Shown here one piece after another: positions 9,755-18,353 of a DNA stretch of 31,179 bases (position 1 is its first letter; every line of letters begins with the position of its first letter). The translations under genes were made by a program, and so were the position numbers. Source of the DNA: Candidatus Thorarchaeota archaeon (GTDB lineage: Archaea; Asgardarchaeota; Thorarchaeia; Thorarchaeales; Thorarchaeaceae). A model generated the notes under the pieces. It searched no databases. It saw nothing but the letters and a program-made list of their open reading frames with translations, and was not told where the DNA came from. Location: the NCBI GenBank assembly GCA_020348985.1, contig CP070761.1, positions 2,680,830-2,712,008 on the forward strand, in the 5' to 3' direction.

Positions 9755-10788
9755 CCTGGGTTGCTCTTCTGCTCGCTAACCGTTCCCAGGTTCTAAGGAG
9801 ACTTGTGCTTACTGAACTGCTAGGACGATCCGAGAACGACCCGGAGGTACGAGAGCTTGATTCTATTCTGGAAGACGACCCGCTACTTGGGCCTCTCCTT
9901 GGCAAACAGTCCCATGATGGCTCTTGGAAAGAGACCGATTACGGTGATTACAGTTCGAAGAACAAGATACGCGCTACATCATTTGTACTACAGAGACTTG
10001 CATATGCAGGGTTGAGCTCTGACCATCCAGCAATAAGGAAAGGAGTGGAATACATCTTCTCCAAACAGCACAGGGACGGGTCTTGGTCAGTGCCGCAATC
10101 CTACGATGGCGTGAGCTTGGACGGCGGAGCATATACGATGATTCCGCTTCAGACATCGATTCCGCTCCTTGGAATTTCTGCGTCCGGTCATTCCGAAGAC
10201 GAAAGGGCAGAGCTCGCCTACGATTGGCTCACTGAGAGAAGGTTGGATGATGGCTCTTGGCCAACAGGAATGATAGGCAATGTTTTCGGTTATCAGGCTG
10301 GATATAGGAGAATGCCCAATTCGCAATGGGGTTGTAGGACAAACACAACTCTGGCGCTTAGCTGTCTGGGCTATCATCCAAGGCGAAGCAAGAGCGAGGA
10401 GGCACGCAGAGCGCTTAACATGTTGCTAGTAAGAGAAACCAGAGACCGTCAAAATGTTGGGTTCAATGTCGCACGCACTGTTGGCTACGAGCCCCACAGA
10501 GGCCATTTCACATACCATGCTAGATTTGATCCTGCACTGATACTTGACCTCAGCTGGAGAATGGGTGCTGATACTTCCGATTCTCGAGTTGCAGACTTGG
10601 TTGATTGGTTTTCTGATATTCAAGGTTCATACGGAATTTGGGAGTATGTCCCTAGGCCTGAGGTCTCTCACTGGGTCACCTTCGACATTCTCCGGTCTTT
10701 ATCAAAAACGGATATGAATCAGGATTGGGTGACTGAGGAAGTCAGAACTCCTTTCAGGGCGTACCGTCGAAAGCGCAAGAGATTCTGA
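9751..10788 (+). CDS. Prenyltransferase/squalene-cyclase (QW) repeat alpha-toroid protein, function unknown
   Basis: Repeats QSHDGSW, QHRDGSW, RLDDGSW, QGSYGIW; GTGA overlap with the UvrA stop codon. Confidence 0.7.
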   Translation: MTWVALLLANRSQVLRRLVLTELLGRSENDPEVRELDSILEDDPLLGPLLGKQSHDGSWKETDYGDYSSKNKIRATSFVLQRLAYAGLSSDHPAIRKGVEYIFSKQHRDGSWSVPQSYDGVSLDGGAYTMIPLQTSIPLLGISASGHSEDERAELAYDWLTERRLDDGSWPTGMIGNVFGYQAGYRRMPNSQWGCRTNTTLALSCLGYHPRRSKSEEARRALNMLLVRETRDRQNVGFNVARTVGYEPHRGHFTYHARFDPALILDLSWRMGADTSDSRVADLVDWFSDIQGSYGIWEYVPRPEVSHWVTFDILRSLSKTDMNQDWVTEEVRTPFRAYRRKRKRF

Positions 10789-10801
10789 TATCTCGCAACT
10801 G

Positions 10802-12316
10802 TTACTCAAGTTCTGATCCTCTCGCCATCCAGCGAACTTCTGAGTCCCTAGGAGCTAGTTTGTCTTTCAGGAAATCCATCGCGTTGAGACCGAACTCAAC
10901 CTCACTACACAAGAAAATGTCAACGCCCGCGTATCCATGTTCAGGCCATGTGTGAATGGATGCATGACTTGATTCCAGAATCGCCACAACAGAGTAACCG
11001 TAAGGATCGTATCTGTGCTGAAAGACGTCGACAACGCCTAATTTAGCACTCTCGAGTGATTCGAGAAAGGCTTCCCGTATCAGATCATTGTCTAGGATTG
11101 TCTTTCGCTCGACTCCCGAGAGCTCACCCACGATGTGATATCCAACAGGTCGGTATTCACTTACTGCCTCTTTTGCCTGCCTGGTGTATAGAGGTCGTCC
11201 TCGATATTCAAAGGAGACCTCTCTTCCAGTTGCTGAGGCCGTGTGCAAATAGTAGAGATTACTGAATTGGCCAAGAATTCTTGCTCCCATGTAGTGGTTG
11301 AAATCTGGCACCATTTCTCTTATTGTGAATCCGTGTTCAAGAATCGAGATTTGACTTAGTTGGCTTTCTAGAGGAGGCTTGTTGCCGAAACTTAGAAGGC
11401 ATCTTTTGCCAACGGTCTCAATCTCTCCAGTACGTGTTGTAACATGGGTCCTCAGCACCTGCCTGGCCCTTTTCAAGAACAGACGCATTCCTGGGACAGT
11501 GTAAGGCGGATCTGTGACAACGACATCGAATGCCCCGATGGTTTCATCTGGGCACGGATCTCTCAAATCATGCTCGAACACTGCAAAGTTGTCTAGACCA
11601 AGTTCCTTCGAGGACTTCTGTAGGAACTCAATTACACGTGTATCAATGTCCACAACTGTCACTTTGGCAGACAAGCCCGTAAGTCCCACCGCCAAAGAGA
11701 TTGCGTCATCGTCTCCCAGAAAGATGATTCTTCTTCCTTCAAGATCTCCTTTTGCCAGAAGATAGAGAGTTCTCTTCACGACGGTCTCATAGGTCGCACG
11801 GGATTGGTCCAATGCAAAATCGGGTGAAGGTCGTTCTTCGAGAAGCTCCTTCACTTTCTCCAGTTTTGAAAGGCCTTCGGGGATATCTTCAACAGAGATG
11901 CTCCGTCCGAACGGAATGGGTTCAGATTCAAAGCTGAGGTTGAGATTATCCTTTGCCCACCGCCGCCCAGAAGAGCCTAGGCTCCGAGTGTCTTCAAGTA
12001 TTCCGGCCTTCTGCATCTCACCTCTGACGGCTGCTAGGGCAGGGACTGCAATGCCTGTTACTTGCGAGAGTCTCTTGTTGTTTATACCCTCATTCCGAAA
12101 CATTGCGACAAGCACTGACCGAGCCCCTTCTGAGCCCTCAGCAAGCTCTGCATTCTCAGCAACTTCTGCAAGGACAACTTCCCACTGTGGATCTGACGAA
12201 GAGCTAACCATCTTGCGCCATCGCCTCCATCGACTAATCTGCTCTGGTTCACACTGAGTCTGAAGCTCGCTCCTTAAGTCACTTGGCAAATCCTGCAAGC
12301 TCTTCAGATTTCGCAC
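10802..12316 (-). CDS. Fusion of BpsA/DUF43 branched-chain polyamine synthase with a C-terminal S-adenosylmethionine decarboxylase (SpeD/SpeH-like) domain
   Basis: BpsA motifs DQ..AT, LGDDD, DID, TDPPYT..G..LFL.R; C-terminal GYHIVGEL...AILESSHASIHTWPEHGYAGVDIFLC. Confidence 0.85.
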   Translation of the reverse strand: MRNLKSLQDLPSDLRSELQTQCEPEQISRWRRWRKMVSSSSDPQWEVVLAEVAENAELAEGSEGARSVLVAMFRNEGINNKRLSQVTGIAVPALAAVRGEMQKAGILEDTRSLGSSGRRWAKDNLNLSFESEPIPFGRSISVEDIPEGLSKLEKVKELLEERPSPDFALDQSRATYETVVKRTLYLLAKGDLEGRRIIFLGDDDAISLAVGLTGLSAKVTVVDIDTRVIEFLQKSSKELGLDNFAVFEHDLRDPCPDETIGAFDVVVTDPPYTVPGMRLFLKRARQVLRTHVTTRTGEIETVGKRCLLSFGNKPPLESQLSQISILEHGFTIREMVPDFNHYMGARILGQFSNLYYLHTASATGREVSFEYRGRPLYTRQAKEAVSEYRPVGYHIVGELSGVERKTILDNDLIREAFLESLESAKLGVVDVFQHRYDPYGYSVVAILESSHASIHTWPEHGYAGVDIFLCSEVEFGLNAMDFLKDKLAPRDSEVRWMARGSELE

Positions 12317-12358
12317 GAATTTCCGTCATCGACAACACCGAAATCGAATCCAGATTGG

Positions 12359-12520
12359 CTAGTACAAAACCCAGTGCTTCCCCGTCTCAGTCTCGACTAC
12401 ATCTTCTGACGAGTCGCTGTCTATAGGGTCGTCACTTGCATCATCATGTTTTAGATCTACAGCTTCGTGGTCTAGCTCTAGTTCGTCTTCAGTCTCATGT
12501 CTGTGTGTTTCCTTCTTCAT
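12359..12520 (-). CDS. Unannotated 53-aa acidic small protein (MKKETHRHETEDELELDHEAVDLKHDDASDDPIDSDSSEDVVETETGKHWVLY)
   Basis: ATG overlaps the RIO1 TGA (ATGA, 12517-12520) and the ORF fills the gap to the BpsA fusion; translated manually. Confidence 0.55.
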   Translation of the reverse strand: MKKETHRHETEDELELDHEAVDLKHDDASDDPIDSDSSEDVVETETGKHWVLY

Positions 12521-13347
12521 AATAGTTCAGCCCCCTCTTGTGACAGTTCTTTGTAATGCCTGAGATTCTCAGGTGTGTATTCATCTAGGAATACGTCCAG
12601 AATGCTTTCAGGTTCTCGGTAGATCTCATACTGCTCAAAGTACAAGAGAACGTTCTTGATGTCCCGTAGAAGCATTAGTTCGACCTTTTTCATATCCGCC
12701 CAGGCGCCAACCTTGTATGCTTGAGGCACATCAATGATCCATGGCCTATCCCGCCACCAAAGAATGTTGTATCCGCTCAGGTCGCCATGAACATAGTGAG
12801 CATCTCGATACATAGTCAGATAATCATCGAAGATCTGGTTAAGGACACGTTCAGGGTCCTCTACTGTCACCTCTCTTAGCTGACTAGCTGGTTCCAGTTC
12901 ATCACCTATGAACCGCATGGTCAATAGGTTCGCAACTCTGCCAATTGGTGTTGGAACGTGAACGCCTGCTCTGAAACAATGATTAAGAATGTCATGCTCC
13001 ATCATCGCTAGTTCTTCTATCATTGACAAGATGTTGTGTGATCTCTTGCCTCCCGTTGTAATATGACCTTTGGACTTGGACATGCGATGTGATGATTGCC
13101 AAAGCCTGTAGGCCTTTAGTATGATAGGGAATCCCCTCCATTCGGCTATGTAGATTGATGCCTCTTTGCCTGCACTCATCTGATACAGTACCTCTGTTGC
13201 AAGACCGAAGTTGATTGCGTCCTTCCTAACATCATCTAGTCTCAGTTCGCTGAATGCAACCTTACATCTGCGACCCTCTCTGAGTGAATCTGTCTTTCTC
13301 GTGATTGCACTTGATTTCAGCGGATTGTGTTTCTCTACGTGACTCAA
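12517..13347 (-). CDS. RIO1-family atypical protein kinase/ATPase
   Basis: SAGKEASIY P-loop, LKAYR, VHGDLSGYNIL catalytic loop, IIDVPQA and RDIKNV..YF. The true start is uncertain. Confidence 0.9.
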   Translation of the reverse strand: MSHVEKHNPLKSSAITRKTDSLREGRRCKVAFSELRLDDVRKDAINFGLATEVLYQMSAGKEASIYIAEWRGFPIILKAYRLWQSSHRMSKSKGHITTGGKRSHNILSMIEELAMMEHDILNHCFRAGVHVPTPIGRVANLLTMRFIGDELEPASQLREVTVEDPERVLNQIFDDYLTMYRDAHYVHGDLSGYNILWWRDRPWIIDVPQAYKVGAWADMKKVELMLLRDIKNVLLYFEQYEIYREPESILDVFLDEYTPENLRHYKELSQEGAELL

Positions 13348-13850
13348 TGGAATCCCTCCTTGATGATATGGTCCTCAATCTGAGCCCCGTGGACTTGTGG
13401 TTCAGGTTGCACTACGTCATCTACGATTAGCATCGAGAGGTAGACGTCAACTCGGTCGACTGGAGTGAGGATACTCATTCCTCCTTGGACGCAGGAGTGC
13501 ATAATGTCGAATTTCCCGGTCGATAGAGCTACCATCCTGCCCGGCGCGAAAAAACCTCTCTTCTTTCTAGCCTGAGCAGATACCCGTGACCGGTAAGCTT
13601 TGAGGATGACAGGATGGTCCTTCCAGTAGGCCAGATGTGCTGAGGCCTCCTTTGCGGCCTTGATCTGGAAGGCCACATCCGTAGCAAGGCTAAGCCTGAC
13701 GGCGTCTGCTCGGACCTCTTCAGGAGTGATCCCTCTGATCTCCACTGCTTTGCCGCGTCGGGTGTCTCTCTGTGCATCACGTGTTCTTGACAGAGCACTA
13801 CCCTTACCTTTGGGGTTTACTTTCTCAACTGACCCTGCCACCTGTGTCAC
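13344..13850 (-). pseudogene. Truncated RIO1 paralog (N-lobe only); pseudogene or pseudokinase fragment
   Basis: VRADAVRLSLATDVAFQIKAAKEASAHLAYWKDHPVILKAYR aligns with VRKDAINFGLATEVLYQMSAGKEASIYIAEWRGFPIILKAYR of the downstream gene; no HGDL or DxxQ motif. Confidence 0.7.
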
Positions 13851-14221
13851 ATCCAGTGCAGGTGGCTCAGATTGTTACGTTTCTTGTATGTCAACTTCTT
13901 GATACACTCTCACTTGCTGAGCCGTCACGTGCCCTATGTTCAAAGCCCTAGAATCAACTAGTTTGACGGACAACCTGTTACCAGATGTTGTGTACCTGGA
14001 GATCCCATCCACGACACGTGTGATAGACGGAAACGCACAGAAACCGCGGTGGTCTTTTAGAGCACCTCAACATCGGTGCGATTGTCCCATGCAATACAGA
14101 GTCCGCTTTCTTCCATAGACAAGATCACACCTCCGCTAATCATTCAGCCTGGCACCGAAACGTTCCCTTATAATATCTACGTACACATGGTGTTCGGAAA
14201 AGTGCCGCGCGTGTCACAAAC

Positions 14222-15424
14222 TCAGTTCTTGCGCTTGAAATACGCAATCCCGAAGGCTAAAGGAATGACGATGAACACTACTCCAGCTGCTAGTGTCGAG
14301 TAATCAGGGAATCCGGTAGTAGTTGCAGTGTTGGCACTACTCTGCAAGGATGGGATTATCCACTCCTGTAGAGCTATGTTGTTCCATCCAGAAGTGGCCT
14401 TGAAGACGACAACAAGGTCATACTCTGGTACAACGAAAATGAACTGCCCAGCGTAGCCGCGAGCAGAGTAGGATTCTCTGCTTGGTGTTATCCACCATTG
14501 ATATCCATATGTTGTTCCTCCCCCTACCAATGTGTGTGTTGACGTGGCCGCAGATACCCAATCTGCTGATATAACCTGCTCACCATTCCAATTCCCTTCT
14601 CTCAGAAACAAGTAGCCAAATCGTGCCATGTCCTTGGCTGACAACTGGATCGTGTTGCCGCCAATGCTTATGTCATGTGGGTCCTCACTCCATGTGAATC
14701 TCGAGATTCCCAAAGGTTCGTACAAGTACTCCTGCACAAAGTCCTCACACTTCATTCCCGTGGCGTTTTGGACTATCGCAGAGAGCAGATGTGAAGCTCC
14801 AGAATTGTAGTTGAAGATGGTTCCAGGAGTATTTGCCATTGGTCGATCTAGGACGAACTGAACCCAGTTGTCACTGACAATCATTTGGTTGTACTCGCTC
14901 ATTCCAGAACTTGAGCTGTCGTCCCAGTCAAATCCGGCCTGCATTGTTAACAGGTCCTCAATAGTGATTGACTCCTTCCATGAGTCAAGATTCTCGATAG
15001 TTCGATTAGGAAAGAAGTCCAGGACCTTCTGACTCACGTTGTCAAGAAAGCCATGCTCGATTGCAAGACCAACTGCTGTAGATGTTATGCTCTTCGTACA
15101 AGAGAAGATGTTCGAGGTAGTGTTTTCGTTGTAGAAGCTGTAGTATTGCTCCAGGACTATGAAGCCACGTCTGACGATTACTATTGCATTGATTGAGATT
15201 GGATTTGCATCGATGTAGTCGAGCATCTCCTGTAGTTTGCTACCGTTCATTCCTTGCTCTTCAGGTGTCGAGATCGCCCAATCTTCTCCAGGCCAAGTTA
15301 TCACAATTGGATCACTTAGACTCGAATATCCTTCTACGGTCCCGCACATCACAAAGGCCAACAGAAGCATGAGAAGGATTGAGCGAAACTTGGGTCCATT
15401 GAAGGGAGACGATCCTGGCCACAT
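14222..15424 (-). CDS. Secreted, membrane-anchored serine hydrolase (beta-lactamase/AmpC-like fold)
   Basis: FSCTKS (SxxK), FNYNSG, YGYQWW, ARGYAGQ; N-terminal hydrophobic signal, Thr-rich linker, C-terminal TM helix and KRKN tail. Confidence 0.88.
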   Translation of the reverse strand: MWPGSSPFNGPKFRSILLMLLLAFVMCGTVEGYSSLSDPIVITWPGEDWAISTPEEQGMNGSKLQEMLDYIDANPISINAIVIVRRGFIVLEQYYSFYNENTTSNIFSCTKSITSTAVGLAIEHGFLDNVSQKVLDFFPNRTIENLDSWKESITIEDLLTMQAGFDWDDSSSSGMSEYNQMIVSDNWVQFVLDRPMANTPGTIFNYNSGASHLLSAIVQNATGMKCEDFVQEYLYEPLGISRFTWSEDPHDISIGGNTIQLSAKDMARFGYLFLREGNWNGEQVISADWVSAATSTHTLVGGGTTYGYQWWITPSRESYSARGYAGQFIFVVPEYDLVVVFKATSGWNNIALQEWIIPSLQSSANTATTTGFPDYSTLAAGVVFIVIPLAFGIAYFKRKN

Positions 15425-15648
15425 TGTCCATTCCCGGACTCAATGCGCGACTACCTAGAATAAAAGAAGTGAGTTCGGAGCAGTCTGTGAAGTCCTGGAT
15501 AGAAGTTTCATTCTGAAATCAACTTGTTGAAAGGAGGTCAGATTAACCCCCAGGGAAGGATTTATCTCTGTATATCGCCGGAAACCCTCGTTTTCCGAAT
15601 AGCGACCTTTTGAATGGGTCTCATACTCAAAATCACGAGGAACCAAAA

Positions 15649-17355
15649 GTGGCAAACCCCGCCAATCCACTAATAGTACAGTCAGACAAGTCGGTCTTAT
15701 TGGAAGTCGACAATCCACGCTATGAGGACGCTAGGGACTCACTTGCTCGCTTTGCGGAGCTCGTCAAGAGCCCCGAGTACGTTCACACTTATAGAGTCAC
15801 ACCCCTAAGTCTTTGGAATGCCGCAGCCATGGGCATGAGCCCAAAGGAGGTCGTTGTTGCCCTTGAGGAGTTTGCCAAGTATCCAATCCCTAGCAACATT
15901 GAACGAGAGATAGTCGACTACATGAGTAGATACGGTCAGCTTTCACTCTTCAAGGAAGGCCCTGACTTGCTTCTTCTGTGCGAAAGCGAAGACCTAGCTG
16001 AAGAGGTCTGGCAGAGCACCAAGGTTCGTGAATTCTTGCTACAAAGAATCGACGAGACAACAATGCGAGTAGATCCCGCGTTTAGAGGTTCGATAAAGCA
16101 TGCGTTACTCGAACTTGGACATCCCGTTGAAGACCTCGCAGGTTATGTCGAAGGGGAAGCACTTGAGTTTGATTTACGCCAAATGACTCTTGAAGGAAAG
16201 GGGTGGGGTCTCAGGAAATACCAAGATGAAGCAGTCGCTACTTTCTATGCTGGCGGTGGAGTTCGAGGCGGGTCAGGAGTCGTTGTCCTACCGTGCGGGG
16301 CAGGCAAGACAATGGTAGGCATGGGTGTGATGGAGACCCTCCAGACATCAACACTCATTCTCTGCCCAAATGTCGTTGCTGTACGCCAATGGATTGCCGA
16401 GCTTCTCGACAAGACAACCCTAACTCCAGAACAGATTGGTGAGTACACCGGAGACATGAAGAGTGTTCGTCCTGTGACAGTTGCCACCTATCAGATTCTG
16501 ACATGGAGAAGGAAGAGAGATGCAGCCTTCGAACACTTCAAGATATTCGAAGCTAGAAACTGGGGCTTGATTATCTATGACGAAGTTCACCTTCTTCCAG
16601 CACCAGTTTTTCGAGTTACAGCTTCAATTCAGGCAACGAGGCGATTAGGTCTTACTGCTACGCTTGTGAGAGAGGACGAAAGAGAGGAGGAAGTCTTCAG
16701 TCTAATCGGCCCAAAGCGATTCGACATGCCGTGGAAATTGCTTGAAGATCAGGGATGGATAGCCACAGCGATATGTTATGAGATCAGAATCGAGCTTCCT
16801 GATTCACTTCGGAGGAAGTATGCGCTGGCTGAGGATCGTAGGAAGTATCGAATCGCGGCGGAGAATCCAGTCAAATTGGAACTTCTGAAGGAGATCGTAG
16901 AGTATCACCGGGACGACAATCTACTTGTCATTGGGATGTATCTTGATCAGCTTCACATCATCGCCGAAGAACTCGATGCTCCTTTGATTACTGGAAAGAC
17001 AAACAATGCGGAACGTGAACGGCTCTACAACCTGTTTCGAGAGGGCGTTATCAAGTGCCTTGTTGTGTCAAAGGTTGCTAATTTCGCCTTAGACTTGCCA
17101 GATGCAAACGTTGCGATACAGGTCTCAGGAACTTTTGGCTCAAGACAAGAGGAGGCACAGAGACTCGGCAGGATTCTGAGGCCCAAGACGGACGGTAGCT
17201 TCGCAAGATTCTACTCAATCGTCACAAAAGACACACGTGACATGGATTTCGCTGCAAAACGTCAACTTTTCCTGACTGAACAGGGCTATCAGTATGTCAT
17301 AGCTTCTGAGGATGAAAAGGTCTGGGAGATTCCTCCAGAATCCTATTTCAGCTAG
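15649..17355 (+). CDS. xpb: XPB/Rad25/Ssl2-family SF2 DNA helicase/translocase with XPB N-terminal domain
   Basis: PLIVQSD N-terminal domain, LPCGAGKT, DEVH, GLTATLVRED (RED motif) and QEEAQRLGRILR. GTG 15649 follows GAGG; the ORF track start is 15610. Confidence 0.92.
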   Translation: MANPANPLIVQSDKSVLLEVDNPRYEDARDSLARFAELVKSPEYVHTYRVTPLSLWNAAAMGMSPKEVVVALEEFAKYPIPSNIEREIVDYMSRYGQLSLFKEGPDLLLLCESEDLAEEVWQSTKVREFLLQRIDETTMRVDPAFRGSIKHALLELGHPVEDLAGYVEGEALEFDLRQMTLEGKGWGLRKYQDEAVATFYAGGGVRGGSGVVVLPCGAGKTMVGMGVMETLQTSTLILCPNVVAVRQWIAELLDKTTLTPEQIGEYTGDMKSVRPVTVATYQILTWRRKRDAAFEHFKIFEARNWGLIIYDEVHLLPAPVFRVTASIQATRRLGLTATLVREDEREEEVFSLIGPKRFDMPWKLLEDQGWIATAICYEIRIELPDSLRRKYALAEDRRKYRIAAENPVKLELLKEIVEYHRDDNLLVIGMYLDQLHIIAEELDAPLITGKTNNAERERLYNLFREGVIKCLVVSKVANFALDLPDANVAIQVSGTFGSRQEEAQRLGRILRPKTDGSFARFYSIVTKDTRDMDFAAKRQLFLTEQGYQYVIASEDEKVWEIPPESYFS

Positions 17356-18353
17356 GAGAGAAGCTTCTGGAGCCAAGCAAGCTTCCGGTCAAAGTATGTA
17401 GCCACTTCGTTCTTGCTAATGCCCTTCAATAGAATTGCTTCATGCCTACTGAGACCATAGTTACAGAGCCATTCAATGCTCCATGCCAGAACGGAGATTA
17501 GAGCAGCACACGCAAGCATATCCCAGTCATCTGTAGGAAGACGCGTGTCCGTCAGGCGGGTTTCGGGTGCTAGGTCCTGCGAGGAAGGGTGTTGTGTGTA
17601 TAAGTACACAATATCATATCTGTAATCCCCGTAAGCACAACTCTCCAAATCAAGAAGCTTGACATTCTCTCCGATGACAATGTTGGACTCTTGAAAATCT
17701 CCGTGCATCAACCCCGGCATCCAGGAGATCGAATCGGCGTATCTTTGAAGAAACCTGTCGACACTCTCTTTCAGCTGTTTCCATTGGGTTTTCGTTCTCT
17801 GTGAGGAGCTTGGCAGTTCAGCCACTAGAGTGCTGGATCTGACCAACATAGACTCCACAAACTCTGAAACATTCGAAAACTCTTCCACACCCGCGGGGTG
17901 AAGGTCAGAAAAGAGCGATAGTGTTGCCCCAACCTTCAACGCCTCGTCATCACTTAGTTCTCCAAGAGTCGTCACAACCTCTCCCTTGATGAACTCGAGG
18001 ACAATGAATGGGGTCGATTTGTCATCGCCAAGCCTTCCTTTGAAAATGGGCTTCGAACACAACCCATGCTTTGAAATCTGATGGTGCATGATCCAGGTGT
18101 ATTCATAGGGGTTCTCGTCATAACGAATGCTCAGTCCTGGCAACTTGAGAACATAGTCCTCATCTTCCGAAGCAATCTGCAAATTGATGTTGGACCACCC
18201 ACTATCGATCACTTGAAGCTGCATGCTATGATCAAAACCAGGCCAAGCATCGCCTATCAGCTTGGTGATCCTATCGAGATTATGCCCATGTATTGTGGGA
18301 ATACTCTTTGCCGACAACCGGATTCGAACCTCTGCACTAGTTCTGGCCCTCAT
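17352..18353 (-). CDS. Aminoglycoside phosphotransferase/choline kinase-like family protein
   Basis: SGWSNIN, YVLK, HGDFQESNI, LLDLE and GD.RYD motifs. Confidence 0.8.
   Translation of the reverse strand: MRARTSAEVRIRLSAKSIPTIHGHNLDRITKLIGDAWPGFDHSMQLQVIDSGWSNINLQIASEDEDYVLKLPGLSIRYDENPYEYTWIMHHQISKHGLCSKPIFKGRLGDDKSTPFIVLEFIKGEVVTTLGELSDDEALKVGATLSLFSDLHPAGVEEFSNVSEFVESMLVRSSTLVAELPSSSQRTKTQWKQLKESVDRFLQRYADSISWMPGLMHGDFQESNIVIGENVKLLDLESCAYGDYRYDIVYLYTQHPSSQDLAPETRLTDTRLPTDDWDMLACAALISVLAWSIEWLCNYGLSRHEAILLKGISKNEVATYFDRKLAWLQKLLS

Noticed and set aside
9751-10788. Squalene-hopene cyclase
   Set aside because: About half the expected length and lacks the DxDD catalytic motif.
14222-15424. 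True beta-lactam resistance gene
   Set aside because: The motifs fit the broad serine hydrolase family; nothing indicates beta-lactamase specificity.
17352-18353. Aminoglycoside resistance gene
   Set aside because: Only the general APH/choline kinase fold is supported; the substrate is unknown.
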